A stretch of DNA of 64,000 bases from positions 1,682 through 65,681 of the forward strand of contig JAJFKG010000050.1 of assembly GCA_021773335.1 (NCBI GenBank). Reading direction: 5' to 3'. Origin of the DNA: Gammaproteobacteria bacterium. Its GTDB lineage: Bacteria; Pseudomonadota; Gammaproteobacteria; JAJFKG01. The notes under the pieces are model-generated. The model ran no database searches. It was not told the DNA's origin and saw nothing but the letters and a program-made list of their open reading frames with translations. Both the position numbers and the translations under genes were made by a program. Positions 47,195-58,709 of the stretch are shown here, piece by piece; within the stretch, counting starts at the first letter, position 1, and each line of letters starts with the position of its first letter.

Positions 47195-47617
47195 TGCTTC
47201 GAGCAAACTTTCGAGCTCAACAATCACACCCTCAAGCTGCGTCTGCTGTTGCTTTTGATTGGCGTCTTCAGCACGCTCATTACGCATTTCTGCGCCAAGC
47301 TGGCTACGTGCGCCACTGATAGTATAGCCTTGATCATACAAAAGGCTGCGTATGCAGCGCACCATCAAGACATCTTTGTGTTGATAATAGCGGCGATTGC
47401 CGCGACGTTTGGAAGGACGTAACTGCGCGAACTCTTGTTCCCAATAACGCAGTACATGTGGCTTCACCTCACATAGGTGACTGACTTCGCCGATCGTAAA
47501 ATAACGCTTATCCGGGATCGGCGCTAAGTCATTACCAGTTTTCGGATGGGTTGTCTCCGAAGCCGGATTGCTGCTGGCCTCCGCCGTTTGATTGTTTTTG
47601 TTGTTCTGATTCAGCAT
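47189..47617 (-). CDS. MerR-family HTH protein (conserved ihfA neighbour)
   Basis: [30 protein letters not shown] and GYTISGAR. Confidence 0.9.
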   Translation of the reverse strand: MLNQNNKNNQTAEASSNPASETTHPKTGNDLAPIPDKRYFTIGEVSHLCEVKPHVLRYWEQEFAQLRPSKRRGNRRYYQHKDVLMVRCIRSLLYDQGYTISGARSQLGAEMRNERAEDANQKQQQTQLEGVIVELESLLEAL

Positions 47618-47900
47618 ATTCTTCAACCCGCGCCTTTAGTTTTTGTCCCGGTCTGAATGTTACCACACGACGTGCAGAAATTAACTTTTCTTCACCGGTT
47701 TTGGGGTTACGACCAGGACGGGCATTCTTGTCACGAGTTTCAAAGTTTCCAAACCCAGACAATTTTACCGCATCCCCTTCTTCTAAGGCCGTACGAATAG
47801 TTTCAAAAAACAATTCAAGGACTTCTTTTGCTTCACGTTTGTTGAGACCTATCTCTGCTACGATCCGCTCAACCATTTCTGCTTTGGTTAGTGCAGTCAT
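47532..47900 (-). CDS. ihfA: Integration host factor alpha subunit
   Basis: [37 protein letters not shown]; follows pheT. Confidence 0.96.
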   Translation of the reverse strand: MTALTKAEMVERIVAEIGLNKREAKEVLELFFETIRTALEEGDAVKLSGFGNFETRDKNARPGRNPKTGEEKLISARRVVTFRPGQKLKARVEEYAESEQQKQSNGGGQQQSGFGDNPSENW

Positions 47901-47901
47901 A

Positions 47902-50286
47902 TCAATTCCTCAAAGTAGCATTAAACTCTTGTTTTAGTGAACTAACAATCCGTTCAATCACCGTGTTGACCTCATCATCAACCAAGGTCTTGTCAGGGTG
48001 TTGCAGAGTCAAACCTAAAGCTAAACTCCGTTGTTCTTCTGCAATCCCTGCGCCACTATAAACATCAAATAATTGAACATTTTTCACTAAATTTCCAGAT
48101 ATTTCAAGTACTTTCTGTCGAATTTTCGCAGCGGTTATCGATTTATCCACAACAATTGCAATATCTCGTCTTATCGCTGGGAACTTCGACAATTCTTTGA
48201 ACTCTGGAACTCCCACTTTCTCAAGTATAGATAAGGATAGCTGAAATAGGAAAATTTCCTGATTAATCTTCAACTTCTGAGTAATTCGCGGATGAATGGC
48301 GCCTAAATAGCCAATTTGTTCATCATTGCCCCATATTTCAGCCGAACGCCCTGGGTGTAAGGCAGAATGTTCACATTTTCGCCATTCATATTCATGAGAA
48401 TGACCCGTCATCGCAAACAAGCGCTCTAAATCACCCTTAACGTGGAAAAAGTCCACCGCCTCATCACACATGCCCCATTGCTCAGGATAAGCGTTGCCCG
48501 TCACCAAACCTGCTAACACCCTTTCTTGCTGTAGAGCATCACCCTGCCCTCTAAAACACAGGCCCGCCTCAAACAAGCGCAAACGCTCTTGCTGGCGCGC
48601 GCGATTATGCAGTAAGGTTTTCAGCAAACCCGGCCACAAAGTATTACGCATCACCGTTAACTCACTGGTAATGGGATTGACCAACGTCAGTGGTTCTTCA
48701 TCTGGCGTCAACAACCCTTGGATTTTTTGATCCACAAAGCTATACGTAACCGCTTCTTGATAACCGCTATCGACCAAGACTTGTTTAATACGGCGCAAAC
48801 TAAGAACAGTTTCTGGAATGTCGCTCGCATCAAGTCGCGCATTTGGCTCGTGTTCAGGCAAACGCGCATAACCATACACGCGCACCACTTCTTCAATCAA
48901 ATCGATTTCCAGTTGGATATCAAAACGGTAATTTGGCACCGTCACCTTCCACCCGACTTTATGTGATTTGAGATGCATGCCCAAATGCGTTAACACGCTT
49001 TCGATTTTTTCATCATCGACCACAAACCCGAGCACCCGCTTAATGCGTTCAGGGCGCAATACAATCTCTAATGGCGCGGGCAATGCCTTTTTGTTAGCAA
49101 CTTCAATCACTGGCCCCGCTTGACCACCGGCAATCTCTAAGAGCAATGCTGTCGCCCGTTCTATCGCATCGACTTGTAATTGAGGGTCAACGCCGCGCTC
49201 AAAACGATAAGAAGAATCCGTCTGTAAACCATGTGCGCGCGCTCGAACCCCAACACGCACAGGGTCAAAAAACGCACTTTCGAGGAAAATCTTTGTTGTA
49301 GTACAACGTTCATCAATGCCCGAATCTTTTCCTCCCATGACACCAGCGAGCGCTAATGGCCCTTTTTCATCACAAATCACCAAATCTTCCGGAGTCAGGG
49401 TAATTGCTTTCTCATCAAGCAAAGTCAGCGTTTCTTTGGCTTGCGCACGACGCACAATAATAGCACCTTGCAATCGCTCTAAATCAAAGGCATGCATAGG
49501 TTGTCCTAGCTCCAACATGACATAATTAGTCACATCAACAACCACATTAATGCTACGAATATCACTGCGTCGCAAGCGTTCTTGCAACCACATTGGGCTA
49601 GGTGCATTGGCATCGATACCCTCAAGAACCCGTCCCACATAACGCGGACAATCTTCGCTCGCCTTAACTTGCACCGGGAATATTGCTTTGCTGTTCGCTG
49701 CGATTTTTTTAATCTTAATCGGGGTAGTTTGCGTATCGGTGATCGCGGCAACTTCTCGCGCAATACCTGCAATTGATAGACAATCACCACGATTTGGTGT
49801 CAAATCGATACTTAAAGTGTAATCAGCTAACTGTAGATAATCGCGTACATCTTTACCGACAGGTGCATCAGTAGGCAATTCCATAATGCCTTCTGAGGTT
49901 TCTGCTAAACCCAATTCTGAGCTCGAGCAAATCATCCCTTGTGATAACACACCACGTAATTTGGTTTCGCGTATTTTAAATTCCTGATTGAGTTCTGCAC
50001 CCACAACGGCCACAGCAACGTTAAGATCAACGCGCACATTAGCACCACCACAAACGATATTAAGTAGCTCACGGGCACCCACATCCACCTGGCAAACACG
50101 CAAGCGATCCGCATCGGGATGTGGCTCAACGCTTTTCACATGCCCTACCAACACTTGTTTAAATACGCCTGCCACCGGCGCAATATGGTCGACTTCCAAG
50201 CCGACCATGGATAACTCTTCACTTAACGCTTCACGTGTCATCGTGGGATTGACCCACTCGCGCAACCATTGCTCACTGAATTTCAT
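47902..50286 (-). CDS. pheT: Phenylalanine-tRNA ligase beta subunit
   Basis: [37 protein letters not shown]. Confidence 0.98.
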   Translation of the reverse strand: MKFSEQWLREWVNPTMTREALSEELSMVGLEVDHIAPVAGVFKQVLVGHVKSVEPHPDADRLRVCQVDVGARELLNIVCGGANVRVDLNVAVAVVGAELNQEFKIRETKLRGVLSQGMICSSSELGLAETSEGIMELPTDAPVGKDVRDYLQLADYTLSIDLTPNRGDCLSIAGIAREVAAITDTQTTPIKIKKIAANSKAIFPVQVKASEDCPRYVGRVLEGIDANAPSPMWLQERLRRSDIRSINVVVDVTNYVMLELGQPMHAFDLERLQGAIIVRRAQAKETLTLLDEKAITLTPEDLVICDEKGPLALAGVMGGKDSGIDERCTTTKIFLESAFFDPVRVGVRARAHGLQTDSSYRFERGVDPQLQVDAIERATALLLEIAGGQAGPVIEVANKKALPAPLEIVLRPERIKRVLGFVVDDEKIESVLTHLGMHLKSHKVGWKVTVPNYRFDIQLEIDLIEEVVRVYGYARLPEHEPNARLDASDIPETVLSLRRIKQVLVDSGYQEAVTYSFVDQKIQGLLTPDEEPLTLVNPITSELTVMRNTLWPGLLKTLLHNRARQQERLRLFEAGLCFRGQGDALQQERVLAGLVTGNAYPEQWGMCDEAVDFFHVKGDLERLFAMTGHSHEYEWRKCEHSALHPGRSAEIWGNDEQIGYLGAIHPRITQKLKINQEIFLFQLSLSILEKVGVPEFKELSKFPAIRRDIAIVVDKSITAAKIRQKVLEISGNLVKNVQLFDVYSGAGIAEEQRSLALGLTLQHPDKTLVDDEVNTVIERIVSSLKQEFNATLRN

Positions 50287-50316
50287 TGTATTCGTTCCTG
50301 GTGATCATGCCGGAGA

Positions 50317-51435
<1,119 letters not shown>

Positions 51436-51463
51436 CTATGTCACTAGGTAGATTTGCACAGTC

Positions 51464-51584
51464 GTAGCCGCGGACGCTCCAGCGTCCGTTCCTTTATTTG
51501 TCGGGCGCACAGCGCCCGCTGTTTTACCGTCCCACCCCACAGGGGTGGGACGAGGCTAACCCCACAGGGGTGGGACAAGGCTAA
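51464..51584. repeat. Cluster of short GC-rich REP-like hairpins (CAG/CACAG-type)
   Basis: CGGACGCTCCAGCGTCCG and CGGGCGCACAGCGCCCG; CCCCACAGGGGTGGGAC occurs twice. Confidence 0.7.
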
Positions 51585-51630
51585 ATTAAAGTGTTGCACG
51601 TGAAACATTGTATGGTAATTTTGTAATCAA

Positions 51631-52383
51631 TTACGCCGTGGCGACAAGCGGCATGCTCTTAAGCGGCCCAGCACTGTCGATCGCATCCTCTACGCTTGGA
51701 TCGAATTCGTCTGATTCATCCGATCCGCTGTCGATCGACAAGTCTAGTTCCGCCCGAATATGCGATACCGACGGTTTGCCATTTACCAAAAATTGCGCAA
51801 CCAGGTGCAAATTTTCAACACTTACGCCCTCGTGCTTTTGCACACTGAGTATACTCATCAGCAAGTGATGAGATGCACTGTCAAACCGACGGATTTTTTC
51901 CAACGCAATTGCTTCCGTTTTGGACTTGGTTAAGCGGAAGTTTTGCTCAGTGCGCCGTATTTCGAGATCGTGCCCAGTCCGTACGTGCCAACCGTAGGCG
52001 TTATCCCCAGCATGAGCAATCAAGTCAGCGAGATAGAAAAGAATATCAATTTCAACATCTCGACCATCTTGCCAAGCACTAATACAAACACCTAACCATA
52101 AGCTAGCAACATGCAAACTGTCACTCGTTTGCCGCGCCTTAATTGCTCGCAAAGCAAATTCATTCGCCTGCCTAAGATCCCTTTTTGCAAAGGCGTCTCG
52201 CATAGCTTGCTTCGCTGTCCCAATATCTACTACCTGTGCTTGCTCCTTGGCCTTGAGCCTTGTGCGCATTTGCCGAGCCCAGGCCGAGTGCTTATTCTCT
52301 TGTTGCTGCTCTTTTTGTGATTGAGATCGCTGCTTCGGCGAAACTCCCCACATTATTGTTTTCAATGTTGACAAAAATTGCAT
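51631..52383 (-). CDS. Hypothetical orphan protein inserted between rplT and pheS
   Basis: 250-aa ORF with an SD-like AGGTGG and an acidic C-terminal tract. Confidence 0.75.
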   Translation of the reverse strand: MQFLSTLKTIMWGVSPKQRSQSQKEQQQENKHSAWARQMRTRLKAKEQAQVVDIGTAKQAMRDAFAKRDLRQANEFALRAIKARQTSDSLHVASLWLGVCISAWQDGRDVEIDILFYLADLIAHAGDNAYGWHVRTGHDLEIRRTEQNFRLTKSKTEAIALEKIRRFDSASHHLLMSILSVQKHEGVSVENLHLVAQFLVNGKPSVSHIRAELDLSIDSGSDESDEFDPSVEDAIDSAGPLKSMPLVATA

Positions 52384-52416
52384 TCATTCCACCTTTTGAC
52401 GTCGAGAGACAGAAAA

Positions 52417-52800
52417 TTAAGCGCTTGCTTTTACTTTACCGGCTTTTTCTAAAGCTGCTTTGGCTTGTTCAACCAACACGCTAAAGGCATTTTTATCATG
52501 CACGGCAAGATCAGCTAAGACTTTACGATCAACTTCGACTTCAGCAAGTTTCAGACCATGCATGAAACGACTGTACGATAAGCCATCGGCTTGCGCAGCA
52601 GCGTTGATGCGCACAATCCACAAGGCGCGGAATTGACGTTTACGCTGACGACGATCACGATAGGCATATTGACCCGCTTTGGTAACCGCTTGTTTGGCAA
52701 TCTTAAAAGTGCGACTGCGCGCACCTTGATACCCCTTGGCTTGCTCGAGAACTTTTTTATGACGGGCGCGAGCTTGAACCCCACGTTTTACTCTAGACAT
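52417..52800 (-). CDS. rplT: 50S ribosomal protein L20
   Basis: MSRVKRGV...[17 protein letters not shown]. Confidence 0.98.
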   Translation of the reverse strand: MSRVKRGVQARARHKKVLEQAKGYQGARSRTFKIAKQAVTKAGQYAYRDRRQRKRQFRALWIVRINAAAQADGLSYSRFMHGLKLAEVEVDRKVLADLAVHDKNAFSVLVEQAKAALEKAGKVKASA

Positions 52801-52821
52801 TCGATTTTCTCCTCACGCACT

Positions 52822-53019
52822 CTATTCTTCGTTTAACATTCGACGCACTAACTTGGCATCACATTCTTGTAACGTCAGCGATGAACGCAATTGGCGTTTA
52901 CGCTTAGTACTCTTTTTGGTGAGGATATGATTGCGAAAAGCTTGGCGAAACTTCACCTTACCACTTTTGGTAAGTTTGAAACGTTTTGCCGCACCACGAT
53001 TGGTTTTCATTTTAGGCAT
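52822..53019 (-). CDS. rpmI: 50S ribosomal protein L35
   Basis: [20 protein letters not shown]. Confidence 0.98.
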   Translation of the reverse strand: MPKMKTNRGAAKRFKLTKSGKVKFRQAFRNHILTKKSTKRKRQLRSSLTLQECDAKLVRRMLNEE

Positions 53020-53090
53020 TTTAAAACTCCGCGATTAAAGTTAATTTATTCATTTAAAGCCACTCAAAACTCTACAACCTGTAACCTACA

Positions 53091-53195
53091 GACTGGTCTG
53101 GTCCATCCCATAAAGACTGGTCCCACCCCATCAAGGCTGGTCCCACCCCTCTGGGGTGGGACCTTAAGCCCACGGACGCTCTGTGTCCGTTCCTT
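53091..53195. repeat. Tandem 19-20-bp repeats and hairpins in the infC-rpmI spacer
   Basis: CTGGTCC at 53098, 53117 and 53137; GGTCCCACCCCTCTGGGGTGGGACC; CGGACGCTCTGTGTCCG. Confidence 0.7.
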
Positions 53196-53248
53196 AAAGG
53201 GTGGTGACGATCCATAGAAATAAACTACAAGTTATCATTTAAAACGAC

Positions 53249-53791
53249 TCACTTCTTTTTAGCAGGGGCTAAAACCATCACCATTTGGCGTCCTTCCATC
53301 TTGGCTTCCTGTTCTACAGTGCCAAACTCACTCACGTCTTCACGCAAGCGAGTTAGAATTTTCATACCTAATTCGCGATGGGCTAATTCACGGCCACGAA
53401 AACGAATCGTGACTTTGACTTTATCCCCAGCTTCTAGGAAACCGCTCAGGTTGCGTAGTTTCACCTGGTAGTCCCCTTCTTCCGTTCCCGGACGGAATTT
53501 CACTTCTTTCACCTTCGTGCGCTTTTGCTTTTTGCGCGCTGCTGCATCCCGTTTATTCTTCTCAAACTGGAACTTGCCATAATCCATGATACGGCACACA
53601 GGGGGTTGAGCATTCGGTGAAATTTCAACAAGATCTAAATTGACATCTTCTGCCTTTGCAAGAGCATCCTTTAGAGAAACAACCCCAAGTTGTTCGCCTT
53701 CGTTATCAATCAGGCGGACTTCAGGGGCTCGTATATCTCGGTTAATCCGCGTCTTAGTACGTGCGTCGGATTTGCGTTGTATTTCGCTAAT
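53249..53791 (-). CDS. infC: Translation initiation factor IF-3 (ATT start codon)
   Basis: The frame extends upstream of the ORF-track call to ATT at 53791, with SD AGGAG 9 nt upstream. [15 protein letters not shown] and [12 protein letters not shown]. Confidence 0.95.
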   Translation of the reverse strand: MSEIQRKSDARTKTRINRDIRAPEVRLIDNEGEQLGVVSLKDALAKAEDVNLDLVEISPNAQPPVCRIMDYGKFQFEKNKRDAAARKKQKRTKVKEVKFRPGTEEGDYQVKLRNLSGFLEAGDKVKVTIRFRGRELAHRELGMKILTRLREDVSEFGTVEQEAKMEGRQMVMVLAPAKKK

Positions 53792-53823
53792 TTCTATTTT
53801 CTCCTAGTTAATTTCAAGCTTCT

Positions 53824-53925
53824 CGGGTGACGCGTTCCGCGCTTACCCGGGCTACAATACGACAATACGTCTTGCCAGCTCTCAGCCTCGTAGCCCGGAT
53901 AAGTTGCGCAGCAATGCCATCCGGG
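53824..53925. repeat. Divergent pair of family-B REPs between thrS and infC
   Basis: CTTACCCGGGCTAC and GTAGCCCGGATAAG..CATCCGGG. Confidence 0.8.
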
Positions 53926-53960
53926 AACAGCAATGACAAAGACCTGCCGCATTGTTTGGC

Positions 53961-55868
53961 CTACACCTTACTGGCAATCTCTGCCTTGAGTTGCTCACAC
54001 AAAGTCTCGAGAGATAAACTCCCTAAGTCTTCACCATTGAGTTTACGGACTGAAACGACTTGCTCGGCTAACTCTTTATCGCCAATAATCAATTGGTAAG
54101 GCACACGCTGTAAAGTTTGTTCGCGGATTTTAAAGCCGATCTTCTCATTTCTCAAGTCTAATTTTGCTCTAAAACCCCGTTTTTGCATATTTTCGACGAC
54201 ATTTGTTGCATAATCGGCGTGACGGTCGGCAATATTCATCACCACCAGCTGTACTGGTGCCAGCCATAAGGGGAATTTACCCGCATAATGCTCAATCAAA
54301 ACACCGATAAAACGCTCGACCGACCCGAAGATCGCGCGGTGCAACATTGCCGGTGTTTGTTTACTTCCATCTTCCGCGATGTAATAGGCACCCAGACGTT
54401 CGGGCAAGAAATAGTCCAATTGCAGCGTACCACACTGCCAGATACGGTCCAAACAATCTTTCAACGCGAATTCGATTTTCGGCCCATAGAATGCTCCTTC
54501 CCCAGGCGAAAATTCCCACGCCACACCGGCTTCATCAAGGGCAACTTGCAAGTCTTTTTCCGCCCTATCCCAAAAAGCATCTTCGCCAATGCGTACATCT
54601 GGGCGCGTCGACAGCTTGATTATCAAGTTTTCAAAACCAAACTCACGGTACACTTCCAGTAACAACTTCATAAAACGCGCCACTTCTGGCTGCACTTGTT
54701 CCGGCGTACAAAAGATATGCGCGTCATCTTGCACAAACTGACGCACACGCATCAAACCATGCAAAGTCCCCGACGGTTCATCGCGGTGACAAGAACCAAA
54801 CTCTGAGATACGCAACGGTAAATCACGATAGCTTTTCAAGCCTTGATTAAAAATCTCGATATGACACGGGCAATTCATTGGTTTAATCGCATAGTCACGA
54901 TGTTCCGATTGGGTGACAAACATTTCTTTGCCGAACTTTTCCCAGTGCCCAGAGCGTTCCCAAAGACTGCGATCCGCCATCATCGGCGTATTCACTTCAT
55001 CGTAGCCGTTAAGCCACAATTTATTGCGTAAATAGGTAATCACAGCTTGGTACAGTTTCCAACCATTGTCATGCCAAAAGGTCATGCCCGGCGCTTCGTC
55101 TTGGTGATGGAAAAGATCCAGCTGCCTACCAATCTTACGATGATCGCGTTTTTCCGCTTCTTCCAGGCGATGTAAGTATTGCTTTAAGGCCTTTTTATCG
55201 GACCAGGCGGTACCATAAATACGTTGCAGCATTTCATTGTTAGAATCACCACGCCAATACGCGCCTGCCAACTTCGTCAATTTAAAAGCTTTGAGTTTGC
55301 CAGTACTTGGCACATGTGGCCCACGGCATAAATCAATAAAATCCCCCTGTTTATACAGGCTCAAAATTTCATCTTGCGGAATATCGCGAATGATTTCGGC
55401 TTTGTATTTTTCACCAATACCTTCAAAATATTCAATCGCCGCATCACGCGCCATCACTTGGCGTTCGACAGAGATATCTTCTTTGGCCAACGCATACATC
55501 TTGTCTTCAATTTTTTGCATATCTTCAGGCGTAAATGAACGCGCAAAGGCGAAATCATAATAAAAGCCATTTTCGATAACCGGACCAATCGTCACTTGCG
55601 CCTCGGGGAACAAGCTCTTAACCGCATGCGCCAGCAAATGCGCGGTTGAATGACGGATGATTTCCAAACCTTCGGCATCACGATCGGTCACAATCGCTAA
55701 CTCGGTATCCGCTTCGATTACATGCGAGGTATCGACCAAATTACCATTGATCTTGCCGGCCAAAGCCGCTTTCGCTAAACCCGCCCCGATATCTTCAGCA
55801 ATTTGTTGCACACTGACCGCCGCCTTGAATTCGCGCTGGCTGCCGTCTGGCAAAGTAATTTTTGGCAT
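53961..55868 (-). CDS. thrS: Threonine-tRNA ligase
   Basis: [37 protein letters not shown]. Start moved to ATG 55868. Confidence 0.98.
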   Translation of the reverse strand: MPKITLPDGSQREFKAAVSVQQIAEDIGAGLAKAALAGKINGNLVDTSHVIEADTELAIVTDRDAEGLEIIRHSTAHLLAHAVKSLFPEAQVTIGPVIENGFYYDFAFARSFTPEDMQKIEDKMYALAKEDISVERQVMARDAAIEYFEGIGEKYKAEIIRDIPQDEILSLYKQGDFIDLCRGPHVPSTGKLKAFKLTKLAGAYWRGDSNNEMLQRIYGTAWSDKKALKQYLHRLEEAEKRDHRKIGRQLDLFHHQDEAPGMTFWHDNGWKLYQAVITYLRNKLWLNGYDEVNTPMMADRSLWERSGHWEKFGKEMFVTQSEHRDYAIKPMNCPCHIEIFNQGLKSYRDLPLRISEFGSCHRDEPSGTLHGLMRVRQFVQDDAHIFCTPEQVQPEVARFMKLLLEVYREFGFENLIIKLSTRPDVRIGEDAFWDRAEKDLQVALDEAGVAWEFSPGEGAFYGPKIEFALKDCLDRIWQCGTLQLDYFLPERLGAYYIAEDGSKQTPAMLHRAIFGSVERFIGVLIEHYAGKFPLWLAPVQLVVMNIADRHADYATNVVENMQKRGFRAKLDLRNEKIGFKIREQTLQRVPYQLIIGDKELAEQVVSVRKLNGEDLGSLSLETLCEQLKAEIASKV

Positions 55869-55885
55869 CGTTTTTCCTTCAATCC

Positions 55886-56009
55886 GTAGCCTTGATAAGC
55901 GCGTAGCGCGCATCAAGGTTTTTGTGCTTTGCCTAATCAACTAGACCTGGTTCACCCCCTAAGGGCTTCTAAACCTTGATTCGCCCCTTGCAAGGCTGAT
56001 CAAGACTAC
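55886..56009. repeat. Family-A REP doublet in the thrS leader
   Basis: GTAGCCTTGATAAGCGCGTAGCGCGCATCAAGG and CCTTGATTCG..GATCAAGACTAC. Confidence 0.75.
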
Positions 56010-56194
56010 AATCCAACTTTTCCCCACACACAATTCAGCCGCGTATTAAACCATTAATCGTGCAAAAAACATAGGGCCAATGCAAAAGCAAATTAACTGG
56101 CTTGACGCTAAATACTTGCCATCATAAAAGCAAACCGATAAAATTATTACCAATTTTCTCTATAATTTTTTATTTCCCAAAGGCCACTCAAATC

Positions 56195-56789
56195 ATGCCA
56201 AAGACAGAAATCGACGAGTCTGGTAGCTCACCGCATTCCCAAATTGAATCAATCAAGACTGACAAAACCTTTATGGCTGCACTCAAAACCGCTTTAGTCT
56301 CGAAACGCCCCAATGAATATACTGAGGAACGTGGACTTGGCACATTCGTATGGACAGACGAAGGCAGCCGAGAATTAACGGTGCATTACTTCCTCTTAGC
56401 AAAATTCTGTAAAGATCATAATCGCCGATGCAGTATTTACTGACGCAATCATCGGCTCAACGCATCCTGATGATAAAGCCCAACACGCAGGCAGCGATTT
56501 TACTGGCGCAGACTTCTCAGGAACAACCATCGTCAATGCAGATCTCACCCTCTCTAAACTAGCCGGCATCACAGCATCATCCAGTACTAAGTTCGACCAT
56601 GTCGATTTAAGACACAGCAAATTTACTAGAATGAGTGTATTTTCTGAGGATAGCATTAGCCAACAAGCTTTCTCTCTCAATGGTGCTAAATTCACTGGTT
56701 GTGATTTGCGTAGCCTGGATTGCGATATAGTAACCCGTATTCAGAAAGTTCAATCACAAGACGAGCAAGCTGCAAATGGCGTGAGCTGA
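56195..56789 (+). pseudogene. Frameshifted pentapeptide-repeat protein gene
   Basis: The ORF from ATG 56195 stops at 56443. The +1 frame is open from 56400 to 56789 and encodes SDFTGADFSGTTIVNADLTLSKLAG, FDHVDLRHSKFT and LNGAKFTGCDLRS. Confidence 0.65.
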
Positions 56790-58306
56790 CTTATTTCAGT
56801 CGCGTCACCAGGTAACATCAGCACCGGCATGCGTCTGTCTTGCTGTAACTGCGTGAGAAAAGCACTTAACTGCCTGTCATCCATTAAGTGCCGACATCCC
56901 ATAACAAGCACCGCAGACGCAGTCTTGCTAATAATGCTTGGCAAATGACGCTCAAGGAGCTTTATCATGCGCATATCACCATCATCTAAGGTACCTTTAT
57001 GGTATAAGGTGCTAATCAACTGCTGAAACTGTGCATTGTACGCTTGCAATTTTTCAAACATGATATTCGACTTTACAATATGCAGTCCATTCGCATCAGG
57101 ACGTTTCAACGCATTTACCACGCGTCTAAGCTGTGTCATTATGCCTGTTTCAAGCTGTGTAACTAACATTTGCAACGTAGTAAAGTTAATATTTTTCGCG
57201 CTATCTAGAGTAAATCCTTCCTTAAAAACAGGTAACTTTTTCACAAATCTACACGGCTTAGTCTCTTTGGAACCTGCAGTAGAAAACACGTCCCGACAAT
57301 AAGCTTCCATCGCTTTCGCAAAGCCCAAATATTCACGCGCCAAAGATTCAAAGGATTGTAGAGACACTGTGCCCTTGAACTGAGAAGGTATGACCTCAGT
57401 ACCAACACATTGAGTCGGCGAGTTAAACTGAACAAAAAAACCACCACTTCTGCCCTTAAAAGAGGATGCAAACTCGCCATCACCGACATAACGCGCCCAG
57501 CTGCCATCTGGCATTACGCCACAATGATTCTCCAACAAAGCCACACATTCCTCGACTTGCCCACTATTCCTTATGTACGCACAGACGTCTTGTACGACCT
57601 CGAAAATACGTCCCTGCTCTTCAACGCTAGAATGACATCTATCGGGGATAACAACAATTGTTCCCGGCTCTAATTCAGGTACTGATTCATATTCTGAGCT
57701 GACTTGTGATGCTCTCGCGTTACTTTGTGCGCCAGCAAACGTATGCCTAAAATAGATGTTCAACGCTGTCATCAGTAATAATTTTACCGATTGTGGCAAC
57801 TCCTTGTCCCACAGTCGCTCAGCCATTAACAATGTTCCATACAAAACGATTTCGCTCACTGCGCTGACTGGATCACGATAGGCTCGCCATACCCCAAGCC
57901 CAGCATACGCAACCCCTTCTAAGACTGGTACATTGCTCGCAAAGCATTTGACAACACCCATTATGATCAGCGCCATTCCCAACTCAAACAAACTACTGCC
58001 AAGACCAAGCGGCCAGAAACCGCCAACAGCTAATAGGCAAATCAAGCCCAAGCTGAATAAGTTCGTATCTGCGCTCATGCGCGTAAAAGCACGATATTGA
58101 GAATATGTACGCTGCGGCAGTGTAGCCCCAGCATACTGTCTCGTTAACTTATTTAGCTCACTCTTTTGCTTTATACTTAAAGTGGCTTGCTTGGCCCCGA
58201 GCTCACGCAACAACCAATAGGCGCGTTGCCTATCATTGGTTTGTAACGCCTCCTGCAAGCCTGTGAAAGTTGCATCAACGCCCCCTGGGGTTTGTAAAAA
58301 GAACAT
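56750..58306 (-). CDS. Membrane-anchored hypothetical protein with a possible EreA/ChaN/TIKI-like domain
   Basis: 518 aa, SD GGAG, hydrophobic N-terminal segments. Motifs IVVIPDRCH, ALLE and DMRM...AVLVMGCRHL. Confidence 0.65.
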   Translation of the reverse strand: MFFLQTPGGVDATFTGLQEALQTNDRQRAYWLLRELGAKQATLSIKQKSELNKLTRQYAGATLPQRTYSQYRAFTRMSADTNLFSLGLICLLAVGGFWPLGLGSSLFELGMALIIMGVVKCFASNVPVLEGVAYAGLGVWRAYRDPVSAVSEIVLYGTLLMAERLWDKELPQSVKLLLMTALNIYFRHTFAGAQSNARASQVSSEYESVPELEPGTIVVIPDRCHSSVEEQGRIFEVVQDVCAYIRNSGQVEECVALLENHCGVMPDGSWARYVGDGEFASSFKGRSGGFFVQFNSPTQCVGTEVIPSQFKGTVSLQSFESLAREYLGFAKAMEAYCRDVFSTAGSKETKPCRFVKKLPVFKEGFTLDSAKNINFTTLQMLVTQLETGIMTQLRRVVNALKRPDANGLHIVKSNIMFEKLQAYNAQFQQLISTLYHKGTLDDGDMRMIKLLERHLPSIISKTASAVLVMGCRHLMDDRQLSAFLTQLQQDRRMPVLMLPGDATEISQLTPFAACSSCD

Positions 58307-58478
58307 GGGATTCTCCAAAAATGTTATGTTGGCTAAAGCAGCAAATGCAAAAACAATTACAAGGATTATTCATACGTAGAACGCTGTTGAATAAAAAAGC
58401 TACACGAGTATATCAAAAAAATTACACAGCACAAACATTAACCACGCGCTCAGAACTCACTGAGTTAAAAAAGAAAAA

Positions 58479-58554
58479 CACAGGAGAAAAACTGGTAGGC
58501 ACGAGTGGGATCGAACCACCGACCACCACCATGTCAAGGTGGTGCTCTACCACT
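58479..58554 (-). repeat. att-like direct repeat: 3' 62 nt of tRNA-Val plus 14 nt of downstream flank
   Basis: 76 bp identical to 60169-60244. Confidence 0.93.
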
Positions 58555-58598
58555 AATGATGATTCAGAGAAAGGCGTTGTTAACTGAAAAAGCAGTTA

Positions 58599-58686
58599 TT
58601 ACTGTGAATCATGTTTTTCTAGTTTACAGTATCAGGAATCCATCATATAATGATACTGTAAATCATGTTTTCATAATCAGCAGTAT
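58599..58686. promoter_or_regulatory. Two 34-bp palindromic operator-like sites upstream of the ATPase gene
   Basis: TTACTGTGAATCATGTTTTTCTAGTTTACAGTAT (58599-58632) and ATACTGTAAATCATGTTTTCATAATCAGCAGTAT (58653-58686). Confidence 0.55.
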
Positions 58687-58709
58687 TTAAGCACGCTAAG
58701 GTAAAACAG

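Noticed and set aside
53789-53791. ATT start codon of infC as a novelty
   Set aside because: Real, but a well-known conserved autoregulatory feature; recorded as a feature only.
56750-56770. C-terminal CaaX prenylation motif in the 518-aa orphan
   Set aside because: The protein ends CSSCD, so neither cysteine is fourth from the end.
58493-58554. A second functional tRNA-Val gene
   Set aside because: It lacks the first 13 nt, so the acceptor stem and D-stem cannot form; treated as an att-like duplicate.
58599-58686. LexA (SOS) boxes
   Set aside because: The CTG...CAG spacing is 22 nt, not the 10 nt of the gammaproteobacterial LexA box.
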